Source: Clostridia bacterium (GTDB lineage Bacteria; Bacillota; Clostridia; Oscillospirales; CAG-272). From it: DNA of 51,668 bases. Positions 8,917-16,788 of this stretch are shown piece after piece. The notes beneath the pieces are model-generated. The model did no database searches and had not been told where the DNA came from. It worked only from the letters and a program-made list of their open reading frames with translations. The position numbers and the translations under genes were made by a program. Positions within the stretch are counted from its first letter, which is position 1. Each line of letters opens with the position of its first letter. The stretch covers positions 1 to 51,668 of the forward strand of contig CAADYQ010000151.1 in the NCBI GenBank assembly GCA_900753295.1, given 5' to 3'.

Positions 8917-10725
8917 ATGAAGAGATTAAAAAACAAATTATTATCCATGGAGTCTGACACGACAGCATACAATGCTATGTATGAGGGGAGTATATATATC
9001 CAGGACCCGACGCATCCGACGATAGATCCATATGTCGATCACTGTCCGATATACTACAACGAAAGCGTCGGATTCGAAATAACCGCGACACACAAGCTGG
9101 CGCTCGACAAGCCGACGGTGGTGATCGGTATTCCCTGCACCACGCTTGGAATCGATATTCCCGACAAGTCGGTCGAGAGCGCAGAGGCGGACTTCTGTCT
9201 CCGCGCCTTCAAAAAATATATCGACGAGCTGAATGCCGAGCTGTACAACAGAAGCCGCCCCGATAACGAGAACGGCAAATATTATATTTGTGCTCCGGGC
9301 GGCGAGGTGATACGCAGAAATTCAGCCTACTTTGAGCTGCGCCCGCAAAAGGATTACACATACGGTTCGGGATCGACTGTTTATCTGTTCTCCGACGGTA
9401 TCGCCCGTCCGCCCGTCATGTGTCTGTGCCTCCGCATTCAGGTCCAGTTGCCCAAAAAGAAGCTGCGGAAATCATTGCGGATGCTGTGCCGGGACCTGCC
9501 CGATGCGGTAGACCGGTTTATTTCGGACCTCAACGGTCTGGGAGCGGTCGCAGAGCTTGCAAAAAAACAGTCGGCGATCCGCGCATGGCTGAAAAACAGC
9601 GATTATTGTGCTTTTGTGGCGAACGGAAGCATCCTTCCCCGTGCCAAGGGGACCGATCTGCCGATGCCGGACGCGGTTCCGTTCAGGTCTGTGCCGGACG
9701 ATGAGATCGAGATCTTCGGCGTGAGGGGCATGGGGATCAGGCGCGGCGTTACCGTCATTACGGGCGGCGGATATTCGGGAAAATCCACCTTGCTCGATGC
9801 GATATCCGCAGGCATTTATGACCACGCCCTCGGCGACGGCCGCGAGCTTTGCATTACGGACGACAGTGCCGTTACCATATCCGCCGAAGACGGACGAAGC
9901 GTAAAGCACGTCAATATTTCGCCGTTTATCAAGTGGCTGCCAGGCGGCGACACCCGTGATTTCTCCACCGACCACGCCTCCGGCTCGACCTCGCAGGCGG
10001 CGAATATAATGGAGGCGGTCGAATGCAATGCCAAGCTGTTGCTTATCGATGAGGACAGAAGCGCAACGAACTTCATGATACGCGACCGCATGATGAAGGC
10101 GCTGATCGAAAAAGAGCCCATCACGCCCTTCACAGACCGGGTGAACGAGCTTTATAAGACGCGCGGAGTTTCAACGATACTTGTTATAGGAGGAAGCGGA
10201 GAGTATCTTTCCATTGCCGATAAGGTCTACATGATGGAGGATTATCTGATCCGCGATGTGACCGAAAAGTCAAAAGACATATGCCGTTCATGTAATGTGA
10301 CCGCCGCACTGCCCGCGCCCGCCGATTGGCAGCAAAGCAGGACCCTTTATTCCGACCGCTTCACCTCTTATCCGGAGGGCAGCGGTACGGAAAAGCTTGA
10401 GGTCTCGGATATGGGCTTTATAATCATCGGCGACGAGCGGATAGACGTTCGCGGATTTCACGATATCGTTTCTCCGCGTCAGCTCGACACGCTCGGGTTT
10501 ATGCTGAGATATCTGGAGCTGACCAATGCCGACAGAAAAATCGATATCGATAAAAAGATAAACGATATGTATAAGCGTATCGATGAGGAAGGCATCGACT
10601 TTCTCTATTCGACCTTCTTTACAACATGTAAAAGATTCCTCGACCTGACGCGCAAGCAGGAGCTGAAGGCGCTGATAAACCGTATGCGAAGGATCAATAT
10701 GGTAAAAAGCGACCTGGGATCATGA
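8917..10725 (+). CDS. ABC-ATPase class P-loop protein of unknown function (PF09818-like, from memory)
   Basis: Motifs FVANGSILPR, GGGYSGKSTLLDAI (Walker A), ASGSTSQAAN and LLLIDEDRSATNFMIRD. Start is probably the second ATG (8917, GGAG 6 nt upstream); the ORF track starts at 8911. Confidence 0.85.
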   Translation: MKRLKNKLLSMESDTTAYNAMYEGSIYIQDPTHPTIDPYVDHCPIYYNESVGFEITATHKLALDKPTVVIGIPCTTLGIDIPDKSVESAEADFCLRAFKKYIDELNAELYNRSRPDNENGKYYICAPGGEVIRRNSAYFELRPQKDYTYGSGSTVYLFSDGIARPPVMCLCLRIQVQLPKKKLRKSLRMLCRDLPDAVDRFISDLNGLGAVAELAKKQSAIRAWLKNSDYCAFVANGSILPRAKGTDLPMPDAVPFRSVPDDEIEIFGVRGMGIRRGVTVITGGGYSGKSTLLDAISAGIYDHALGDGRELCITDDSAVTISAEDGRSVKHVNISPFIKWLPGGDTRDFSTDHASGSTSQAANIMEAVECNAKLLLIDEDRSATNFMIRDRMMKALIEKEPITPFTDRVNELYKTRGVSTILVIGGSGEYLSIADKVYMMEDYLIRDVTEKSKDICRSCNVTAALPAPADWQQSRTLYSDRFTSYPEGSGTEKLEVSDMGFIIIGDERIDVRGFHDIVSPRQLDTLGFMLRYLELTNADRKIDIDKKINDMYKRIDEEGIDFLYSTFFTTCKRFLDLTRKQELKALINRMRRINMVKSDLGS

Positions 10726-10786
10726 GCGCGTCGCCGCGGCTGTCGGTATAAAATAACAGGAAAGCTCGAATCGGATACGATCAGAG

Positions 10787-10814
10787 ATACGGGACAAAAA
10801 ACAAGAAAAATATC
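10787..10814 (+). repeat. direct repeat copy 2 (ATACGGGACAAAAAACAAGAAAAATATC)
   Basis: See copy 1 at 8410..8439. Weaker similarity continues for about 30 nt downstream of both copies. Confidence 0.7.
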
Positions 10815-10871
10815 TTAGTACCGCGAGACCAATTAAGCCGATGCGGACGGTTATACTGTCCAACACTGCCC

Positions 10872-10900
10872 TTGCCGATCCTTTAAGATTGTGATATAAT
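10872..10900 (+). promoter_or_regulatory. promoter of the membrane-protein/XRE operon
   Basis: TTGCCG, 17 nt, TATAAT, with TGA immediately upstream of the -10 (extended -10). Confidence 0.5.
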
Positions 10901-10950
10901 AATAATCAGATATAATATAATCAAATCATATGAACGCATGGAGGCGTGGC

Positions 10951-11502
10951 ATGAAAAGAAGCTGCATGAGGACCTTTCTTGACATTTTGTCGGCATCGCT
11001 GATAACAATTATCTTGTATATTGGTCTTTACTTTATTTGGGGTGCGATTGCCCGGGAATCGCAGAACGAAAAACTGTTTCTTATATTGCTTTCAACAATG
11101 ACAAGCATCGTTTACGCCGTAATTTTGTTCTGCATAACAAAGGTGAGAAAAGACCGGGGCGAAAAGGAGTTGCTTGAAGATTACGGTGAAACCCGTGTAT
11201 ATTCGCTGCGCGACGATATACCTACGATGCTGCGTCATGAGCGTATTTGTCTGATCATGCTTGCCGTAGTGACCCTCGCCTGTTTTGCAATGAACAAACT
11301 TGATGTTCTCGTATTTCACGAAAAAACCTTTTCCGCCGTTACATTTATATTTTTTCCCCTGTTCCTTTTCAGCACATGTTTCAATGCCGAAATTATAGGA
11401 TACATCATCGGCGCAATATTGATAGAGACGGCATACATCGCACTTGTTCTCGCATACAGAAGAAAAAAATATATTCACTGGAAGCATCCGTCGGAGAAAT
11501 AA
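10951..11502 (+). CDS. polytopic membrane protein, unknown function
   Basis: Start placed at MKRSCMRTF (GGAGG 6 nt upstream). Several hydrophobic helices. The stop TAA is 1 nt before the next ATG. Confidence 0.6.
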   Translation: MKRSCMRTFLDILSASLITIILYIGLYFIWGAIARESQNEKLFLILLSTMTSIVYAVILFCITKVRKDRGEKELLEDYGETRVYSLRDDIPTMLRHERICLIMLAVVTLACFAMNKLDVLVFHEKTFSAVTFIFFPLFLFSTCFNAEIIGYIIGAILIETAYIALVLAYRRKKYIHWKHPSEK

Positions 11503-11503
11503 A

Positions 11504-12547
11504 ATGCAGTTTAGTAGCAAGTTGAAAGAATTAAGAACCAACGCCGGGCTCACGCAGGAAGAGGTCGCCAAACGCCTGTACGTATCCTCGCAGACTGTTT
11601 CAAAGTGGGAACGCGGGCTTCTCACGCCGGACATCAAGCTTCTACCGCGCATAGCAGTGCTTTACCACACATCTATCGACTCGATATTCAGCATGGAATC
11701 CGTGTGGGACGAGGAACACGAAAAAAAGTTGCGTGAGAAAATAAGCCTATTCCATGCAACGGGTAAATATGAGCTTGCCTACGATACCATGCTTGACGAA
11801 ATAGAGCTTCGTCCCGACAAATTTCAGGATTACTGCAACATTATGCTTTATGTTTTGCAGCGAAAAATGTTTGACGAAACACATATCCGCCGTATGCTAC
11901 AGCTTGCCGAATACGCCAATGAATACTGCAAATGCGATGACATACGCAATGAGATATGCAGGCTGATGCTTCAGATATGCAGTTTTTCGGACAGCGCCGA
12001 AATAAGAAAAAGAGCCGTTGGATATTACAAGAAATTACCGCAGCTCAAGCACAGCCGCGAGGTGTATGCCAAGTTTGTAATGGAACCCGCCGAATATTCC
12101 GCTCAGCTAAGAAAAAACATAACATACACGGTCGATCTTGCCGAGTGTGCCATACGCGGACTGATCACCGGAGATATGACTGACGAAGAAAAACTGTTTT
12201 ATTTTAAAAAAGCCGCCGCACTGTTTGAAACAATAAACGATGACAGGTATGCAGGCTTTTACGACATCCCACTTATTTGCGACTACTGCGAGATAGCCCG
12301 GTTGCTTTTATCGCTCGGAGATCATGATGAAGCGGATAAATATGTTGAAAAAATCATTTTCATAATGCAACGGCAGATCGCCCCCGAAGAAACAGTTTCG
12401 CCGCTCATCGACGATCCAATTCCGGAAGGACACACGCACCCGCTCACAAATTGCAAAATGCTTTTGAAAAACATGCTCTCATCACCGACGTTCGCCGAAT
12501 ATCGGGAAAAACTGAAGCGCATTGCAGCCGAGATAGACTCGAAGTGA
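11504..12547 (+). CDS. XRE-family HTH regulator with a C-terminal TPR-like helical domain
   Basis: N-terminus LKELRTNAGLTQEEVAKRLYVSSQTVSKWERG is a Cro/C1-type HTH, followed by an all-helical C-terminal domain of about 280 aa. Start at 11504 rather than the track start 11444. Confidence 0.8.
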   Translation: MQFSSKLKELRTNAGLTQEEVAKRLYVSSQTVSKWERGLLTPDIKLLPRIAVLYHTSIDSIFSMESVWDEEHEKKLREKISLFHATGKYELAYDTMLDEIELRPDKFQDYCNIMLYVLQRKMFDETHIRRMLQLAEYANEYCKCDDIRNEICRLMLQICSFSDSAEIRKRAVGYYKKLPQLKHSREVYAKFVMEPAEYSAQLRKNITYTVDLAECAIRGLITGDMTDEEKLFYFKKAAALFETINDDRYAGFYDIPLICDYCEIARLLLSLGDHDEADKYVEKIIFIMQRQIAPEETVSPLIDDPIPEGHTHPLTNCKMLLKNMLSSPTFAEYREKLKRIAAEIDSK

Positions 12548-12635
12548 GCCGTCGGCAATGATTTTTTGCCATCAGGAAAACCGAAAAAAATATAAAGGAG
12601 CGGGCAAAAAACATCAATACAACATCAATAAAAGC

Positions 12636-12667
12636 AAAAATGCCGGTATTTCGACCGGCATTTTTTT
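12636..12667. terminator. bidirectional intrinsic terminator
   Basis: AAAAA-TGCCGGT-loop-ACCGGCA-TTTTTTT between convergent genes. Confidence 0.75.
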
Positions 12668-12703
12668 CTGTAACTCGGGACTATCCTAAGCTTTGTCTGT
12701 TAG

Positions 12704-13027
12704 TCAGTATGAGACCACGAGCTGCATTTTGAATTTTTCCTCGCCGTAAACCGCGTGAGGAATGTCCTTGGGCATGATGAGCGTCTCGCCGGCGTTCAGA
12801 ATAAACACCTCGCCGCCGACGGTGAAGCTCCCGGTACCGTCAAGCACCGTGACCATAGCATCGCCCGCCGCCGCGTGCGTGGATATCTCCTCGCCCTTAT
12901 CGAACGAAAAGAGCGTCATGCTGACCTTGTCGTTCTGCACGAGCGTCTTGCTCACGACCTGCCCTGCCTGGTATTCGATCTGATCCGCCAGTGTGATCTT
13001 TTCTTTCTTTGCGATATTCTTGTACAT
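12704..13027 (-). CDS. cupin domain protein
   Basis: 107 aa. Cupin motifs GEEISTHAAAGDAMVTVLDG and MPKDIPHAV. Confidence 0.8.
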   Translation of the reverse strand: MYKNIAKKEKITLADQIEYQAGQVVSKTLVQNDKVSMTLFSFDKGEEISTHAAAGDAMVTVLDGTGSFTVGGEVFILNAGETLIMPKDIPHAVYGEEKFKMQLVVSY

Positions 13028-13071
13028 TTTAACGTCTCCGTTTTTTGTTTATTTGTGGCAACGACCGACCG

Positions 13072-13872
13072 TCAACGCTTTCTCAAGCGACCGAGCACAC
13101 GCCCCGCACAGGATATCTCGGTAAAGTCCTTGAGCAGGATCCTGCCGTACTCGGGGTTGAGAGAAATGAGACAATCGCCGCCGAATATTTTGAAATAGCC
13201 GTTACCGTCAAGGATATACACGCACGGCTCGCCGACCTCAACGGCATCGCAGCTTTCGACCAGAAGAACATCGCCGTTGTGATATTTCGGCTCCATACTG
13301 TTTCCGCTTATGCGAAGCGCGAAATCCGCGCCATCGGTCTTTTTATCGCGCGGGATGGTTATGCTCTCCGCACTCTCGCCGTCAAGATATTCACCGATAC
13401 CCGCCGACACGGGAAGGTCGTAAAGCGGTATCTCGCGCTTTCCGCCCAGCGCTCCGGTCGCCTCACCGTAGCGGCGGCGTACCGTTCCGCGGTTACGGAT
13501 GATACCCGCATCCGCCGCAACGCCGCCGTAAACCGAACGGCTTATGCGCTCATTTTCCTTGCCGAGCACAAGCACGACCAGCTCCTTGCCGTACTGGTCG
13601 AGGCGGCGGTAATCCTCTATGAATTTTATTTCTCCCGGCGTGAGCGTATAGTTGTTCGTGTTCTCGGGCTGACCGCTGATGATATAGTCAAGCGAACAGT
13701 CAAGCGCGTTGCACACTGATATTATATTGGAAAGCTTCACCGAATCCGATATCCCCGCAAGAAATTTGCTGAGCGTACCGAGCGGTATCCCGGTCATCCG
13801 TGAAAGCTGTTCGTTGGTGATCTTTTTTTCGGATTTGAGCTTTTTTATCCGTTCAAGATAGTTTTCTTCCAT
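13072..13872 (-). CDS. LexA-like autocleaving repressor (XRE HTH + S24 peptidase domain)
   Basis: HTH ITNEQLSRMTGIPLGTLSKFLAG. Cleavage-site-like VSAGIG. S24 catalytic Ser in SGNSMEP and Lys in GYFKIF. Start taken as ATG 13872; a TTG at 13884 is also possible. Confidence 0.8.
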   Translation of the reverse strand: MEENYLERIKKLKSEKKITNEQLSRMTGIPLGTLSKFLAGISDSVKLSNIISVCNALDCSLDYIISGQPENTNNYTLTPGEIKFIEDYRRLDQYGKELVVLVLGKENERISRSVYGGVAADAGIIRNRGTVRRRYGEATGALGGKREIPLYDLPVSAGIGEYLDGESAESITIPRDKKTDGADFALRISGNSMEPKYHNGDVLLVESCDAVEVGEPCVYILDGNGYFKIFGGDCLISLNPEYGRILLKDFTEISCAGRVLGRLRKR

Positions 13873-13915
13873 AATCGAAATCAAACCTCCGCGTTATTTA
13901 TCTTTTTACGGTCTT

Positions 13916-13944
13916 ATTATAGCACACAAATTCCGTTTTGTAAA
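13916..13944 (-). promoter_or_regulatory. promoter of the LexA-like repressor gene
   Basis: Reverse strand: TTTACA, 17 nt, TATAAT. Repeat 13928..13940 lies in the spacer. Confidence 0.5.
13928..13940 (+). promoter_or_regulatory. candidate operator repeat 1 (AAATTCCGTTTTG)
   Basis: One of three similar direct repeats. The TTCC cores are at 13931, 13963 and 14027, giving spacings of 32 and 64 nt. Confidence 0.45.
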
Positions 13945-13958
13945 TACCTTTTCAAAAA

Positions 13959-13973
13959 AAATTTCCGTTTTTG
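13959..13973 (+). promoter_or_regulatory. candidate operator repeat 2 (AAATTTCCGTTTTTG)
   Basis: See repeat 1. Lies between the two divergent promoters. Confidence 0.45.
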
Positions 13974-13984
13974 ATATTTTCCTA

Positions 13985-14013
13985 TTGACAAACACGTGCG
14001 TGTATGCTATAAT
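13985..14013 (+). promoter_or_regulatory. consensus sigma-A promoter of the small membrane protein gene
   Basis: TTGACA (13985-13990), 17 nt, TATAAT (14008-14013). Confidence 0.65.
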
Positions 14014-14022
14014 ACACTCAGA

Positions 14023-14036
14023 AAAATTCCATTTCA
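14023..14036 (+). promoter_or_regulatory. candidate operator repeat 3 (AAAATTCCATTTCA)
   Basis: Begins 10 nt downstream of the -10 hexamer, so it covers the expected transcription start region. Confidence 0.4.
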
Positions 14037-14055
14037 AGAACTACGGAGTGCAGCC

Positions 14056-14367
14056 ATGAACAAGTGCTTTAACGACTTTCCCCAGTACAAAAACCGCAGA
14101 TACGTCACGTCATACCCGTGCCGCACGCGCTCTCGCGGCATCGTGCGTCCGCTCATCGAACGCGCTCTCGACATCTGCGAAAATATCGTCGAAGTATTTG
14201 AACGCTCGACTGTCAGACTCATCCTTAAAATATTTTCCCTTACCGCGCTTTTCATCGGCTTCTTCTTTCTTGTTGCCGCGATAGAAGCCGGAAGCGTTTC
14301 CTTCCTCCGCGCGCTTTTCTCATCGGTCGGTATCGTTGCAGGCTTCGCCGCGGCGATGCGGCTCTGA
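14056..14367 (+). CDS. small membrane protein (103 aa; basic N-terminal part and two C-terminal TM helices)
   Basis: Start at MNKCFNDF, with ACGGAG upstream. Hydrophobic segments LILKIFSLTALFIGFFFLVAAI and ALFSSVGIVAGFAAAM. No family recognised. Confidence 0.55.
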   Translation: MNKCFNDFPQYKNRRYVTSYPCRTRSRGIVRPLIERALDICENIVEVFERSTVRLILKIFSLTALFIGFFFLVAAIEAGSVSFLRALFSSVGIVAGFAAAMRL

Positions 14368-14379
14368 CGCCTCTCGGAT

Positions 14380-15483
14380 TCAAGCGCTTTTCTTCATAAG
14401 TTTTATAACGGCGTCCGCGAGTATACGCGCGGACTTGGTTCCGCGTGAAGATTTTTCGGCTGAATCGAAGGTCACATGCAGCGACATGACCGGCAGATCC
14501 TGGTTATAGATGCCGCGTGTTACGGTCACGCTTCCGCTGTATGTATCAAGTCCGCGGTTGATAAGCGCGGCAAGCGCGGTATTCATCCGCCACATATCGT
14601 CTGCGCCTCCGCCGACTGTTATACCCGGCACCGCTCCGGTATGAAGATCGACGATAAGTCCTATATCCGGCTCGGAGGCAAGCATTTTCTCTATTTCCGC
14701 ACGTGCGCGTGAATACGCGCCGAGGCGTCCCGATATTTCCGGTATCCCGTCGCACGTCAGCACATCGATCCCCACGGCTCCGATAGCCTGACAGAATGCC
14801 TGGACAGCATCGGCGACCGTACCCGTGTCGGCAAAGCCTTCGCACGGATGTGCCGCCAATACGAGTACCTTTTTGCCGCGAAGCTCCGCTATGACCGCGG
14901 CACCAAGCTCATCAGCCAGCATGTCAAGGTCGATATCATGCTCCGTATCGTTTATGAGCTGTGCGCTACCGCCACCGATCGGCTCCACAGGTCGTGTGTT
15001 CTCGGTGACGGAAGGCGATGTTTCGTCGCGTCCGGTGTCTGAGGCTGCTTCGGTCCCACTTCCATCCGGCTCGACGTTGCCGGTCTCTTCCGCGCGGTCG
15101 GTGACATCCGCGCCGACCTGTCCCGCGTCCGTCACAGATGTGTCTTCCCCGGCTTGGCTTTGCTTTCCGAATATCATATTTCCGGCAAAACCGCCCATCG
15201 CTTCGCGCGGGCTGTTGCCGAGCGACGATGCAACGCCGCAGAACAATGCTGTGAACGATGCCGTGAGGAACAGCACCGTGAATATTAGATACAGAAGCGA
15301 GCCGGTGCCGGCGCGGCTGTCGCTCAAATGCTCGTATTTCACCGGAAGAATCGTTTTTTTAGTGCGTCTACTTTTTTTGACGCGCATATCACCAAAGACA
15401 TCCACTCTTTCCTTCCGAATAAAATTTTCGTTCTCCGCAAAGCCGTTCTCTCCGCAATTCTTATCATATCCGTTGTCTTTCAT
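14380..15483 (-). CDS. spoIIP: stage II sporulation protein P-like
   Basis: N-terminal TM anchor, a low-complexity linker and a C-terminal domain of about 190 aa. Lies immediately downstream of gpr, as in the B. subtilis gpr-spoIIP arrangement. The call leans on synteny. Confidence 0.6.
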   Translation of the reverse strand: MKDNGYDKNCGENGFAENENFIRKERVDVFGDMRVKKSRRTKKTILPVKYEHLSDSRAGTGSLLYLIFTVLFLTASFTALFCGVASSLGNSPREAMGGFAGNMIFGKQSQAGEDTSVTDAGQVGADVTDRAEETGNVEPDGSGTEAASDTGRDETSPSVTENTRPVEPIGGGSAQLINDTEHDIDLDMLADELGAAVIAELRGKKVLVLAAHPCEGFADTGTVADAVQAFCQAIGAVGIDVLTCDGIPEISGRLGAYSRARAEIEKMLASEPDIGLIVDLHTGAVPGITVGGGADDMWRMNTALAALINRGLDTYSGSVTVTRGIYNQDLPVMSLHVTFDSAEKSSRGTKSARILADAVIKLMKKSA

Positions 15484-15528
15484 TTCCGCACCTCCGTTTT
15501 TTCAAATGATATGACGGACCGGCGCGTT

Positions 15529-16485
15529 TTATGAGCCTGTCTCGCCTATGCCGAAAACCGCGTTTATCGCATTTGCTATGATCTCAGCCGACCGTCCGGT
15601 TATCACATCCGCTTCGCGCGGGCTAACGAAAAAGCTCCTGCCGTTTTCAAGCACCCGGCGTAGCGCCTCCGGCATACCGTCATCGGTGAATATATCTGTC
15701 ATTCCGGATCTTTCAAGCGCCTCGCATACGAGCGTGGAGGAATCCACGACCGTCGGGACACCGATAGATATAACGGGAATGCCGAGCGCGGAGTGGGTCA
15801 GGGCGCGCCGCTCATTGCCGACTCCCGAGCCGGGCGTTATGCCCGAGTCCGTAAGCTGAATGGTCTTTCCGAGTCTTTCGCAGGAGCGCGCCGCGAGGGC
15901 GTCTATCGCGATGAGAAGGTCCGGCTTTGCCGCGCGTATCGCGCCGCGCAATATATCCGAGCTTTCCATTCCGGTGCGACCGAGTACGCCTGGAGCCACC
16001 ACGGATACGGCAGAACACCCAAGCGCGCGGTAAATTCCCGGCTCAAGCTCACGCAGGTGACGCGTAGCTGACACCTTTCCCGCCGTTGCGGGTCCTACTG
16101 CGTCGGCGGTCATTTCGGAATTGCCCAGTCCCGCCACAAGGACGCCGAATCCGGCGTCTATGTCGCACCCGCACACGCTCTCAGCCATTTGGCGGAGTTC
16201 ATTTCCTATTATATTCGAAAGCGCCGCGGCGGAGGTATCGTCGATCTCCGAAAAGCCGCGCAGCGGCGCTACGGTGACATAATTACCGCGCCGCCGTCCG
16301 AGTCGCTCCGCTGCCGTCCGCGTTACGACATTCATATGCGCCACCGTCACCTGCACACAGCCGGCTGTCATGCGCTCCTCACGGTATTCGACTCCGCCGC
16401 GCCCGTCCCACGACTCGCAGGCAAGGTCGGTCCTTGCAAATTCGGCGCCCATCTTTTTTGCCCGTTTTTTTACATCGGATCCCAT
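15529..16485 (-). CDS. gpr: germination protease (GPR endopeptidase)
   Basis: Motifs RTDLACE and GLGNSEMTADAVGP. Start moved to ATG 16485 (GGAGGAG 5 nt upstream). Confidence 0.85.
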   Translation of the reverse strand: MGSDVKKRAKKMGAEFARTDLACESWDGRGGVEYREERMTAGCVQVTVAHMNVVTRTAAERLGRRRGNYVTVAPLRGFSEIDDTSAAALSNIIGNELRQMAESVCGCDIDAGFGVLVAGLGNSEMTADAVGPATAGKVSATRHLRELEPGIYRALGCSAVSVVAPGVLGRTGMESSDILRGAIRAAKPDLLIAIDALAARSCERLGKTIQLTDSGITPGSGVGNERRALTHSALGIPVISIGVPTVVDSSTLVCEALERSGMTDIFTDDGMPEALRRVLENGRSFFVSPREADVITGRSAEIIANAINAVFGIGETGS

Positions 16486-16700
16486 TTTTTCTCCTCCGGC
16501 ACTTTCGTTTTCTCCGTAAAAAAGCATTTCGGATCATTAGTATATGTTTTTTTCGGAAAAACTATTGCTTTTCTCGCGTTTTTAATTTATAATACCAGGT
16601 GAATTCAATATCGCGCGGCGTTTACTTATGGTCAAATTGAACAAATTCGGGTTGGGAGATTGTGCAATCCGCTGAACATTCAAAGACTTTGAAATCACCA

Positions 16701-16729
16701 TTGAAATTTTCAGTATTTGGTGATATAAT
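16701..16729 (+). promoter_or_regulatory. promoter with extended -10
   Basis: TTGAAA, 17 nt, TATAAT, preceded by TGA (TGnTATAAT). Confidence 0.55.
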
Positions 16730-16788
16730 ATATTGAATCGAAGCGCGCCGCGTTTTTGATTTTTTACCTGAGGAGGATTACACAAAAA

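Noticed and set aside
8865-8957. 30-codon ORF (MNTSATTALFYNETGDAHEEIKKQIIIHGV) with a good SD (AAAGGAGA), overlapping the ABC-ATPase start in another frame
   Set aside because: It could be a second upstream ORF involved in translational coupling. With no conservation data and an overlap with the real start region, I cannot support it as a gene. It is worth checking only together with the leader analysis.
12556-12693. 45-codon ORF just downstream of the XRE/TPR regulator, as a possible signalling pro-peptide
   Set aside because: It has no SD sequence, no signal-peptide-like N-terminus, and the frame reads straight through the bidirectional terminator hairpin.
13885-14055. Canonical Firmicute LexA (Cheo) box CGAAC-N4-GTTCG near the LexA-like gene
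   Set aside because: It is not present. The only repeated elements are the AAATTCCGTTTTG-type direct repeats, reported as a finding.
16528-16788. T-box or other riboswitch upstream of the family-5 SBP gene. Complementary segments are ATTCAATAT (16603-16611) / ATATTGAAT (16730-16738) and CGCGGCG (16614-16620) / CGCCGCG (16746-16752), followed by a T-run.
   Set aside because: There is no T-box consensus (no ..GGGTGGTACCGCG..), no specifier-loop features and no local terminator stem. A strong extended -10 promoter (16701-16729) sits between the complementary segments, so most transcripts would lack the 5' partner. The pairings also cross each other. I regard them as coincidental or as promoter-region symmetry.
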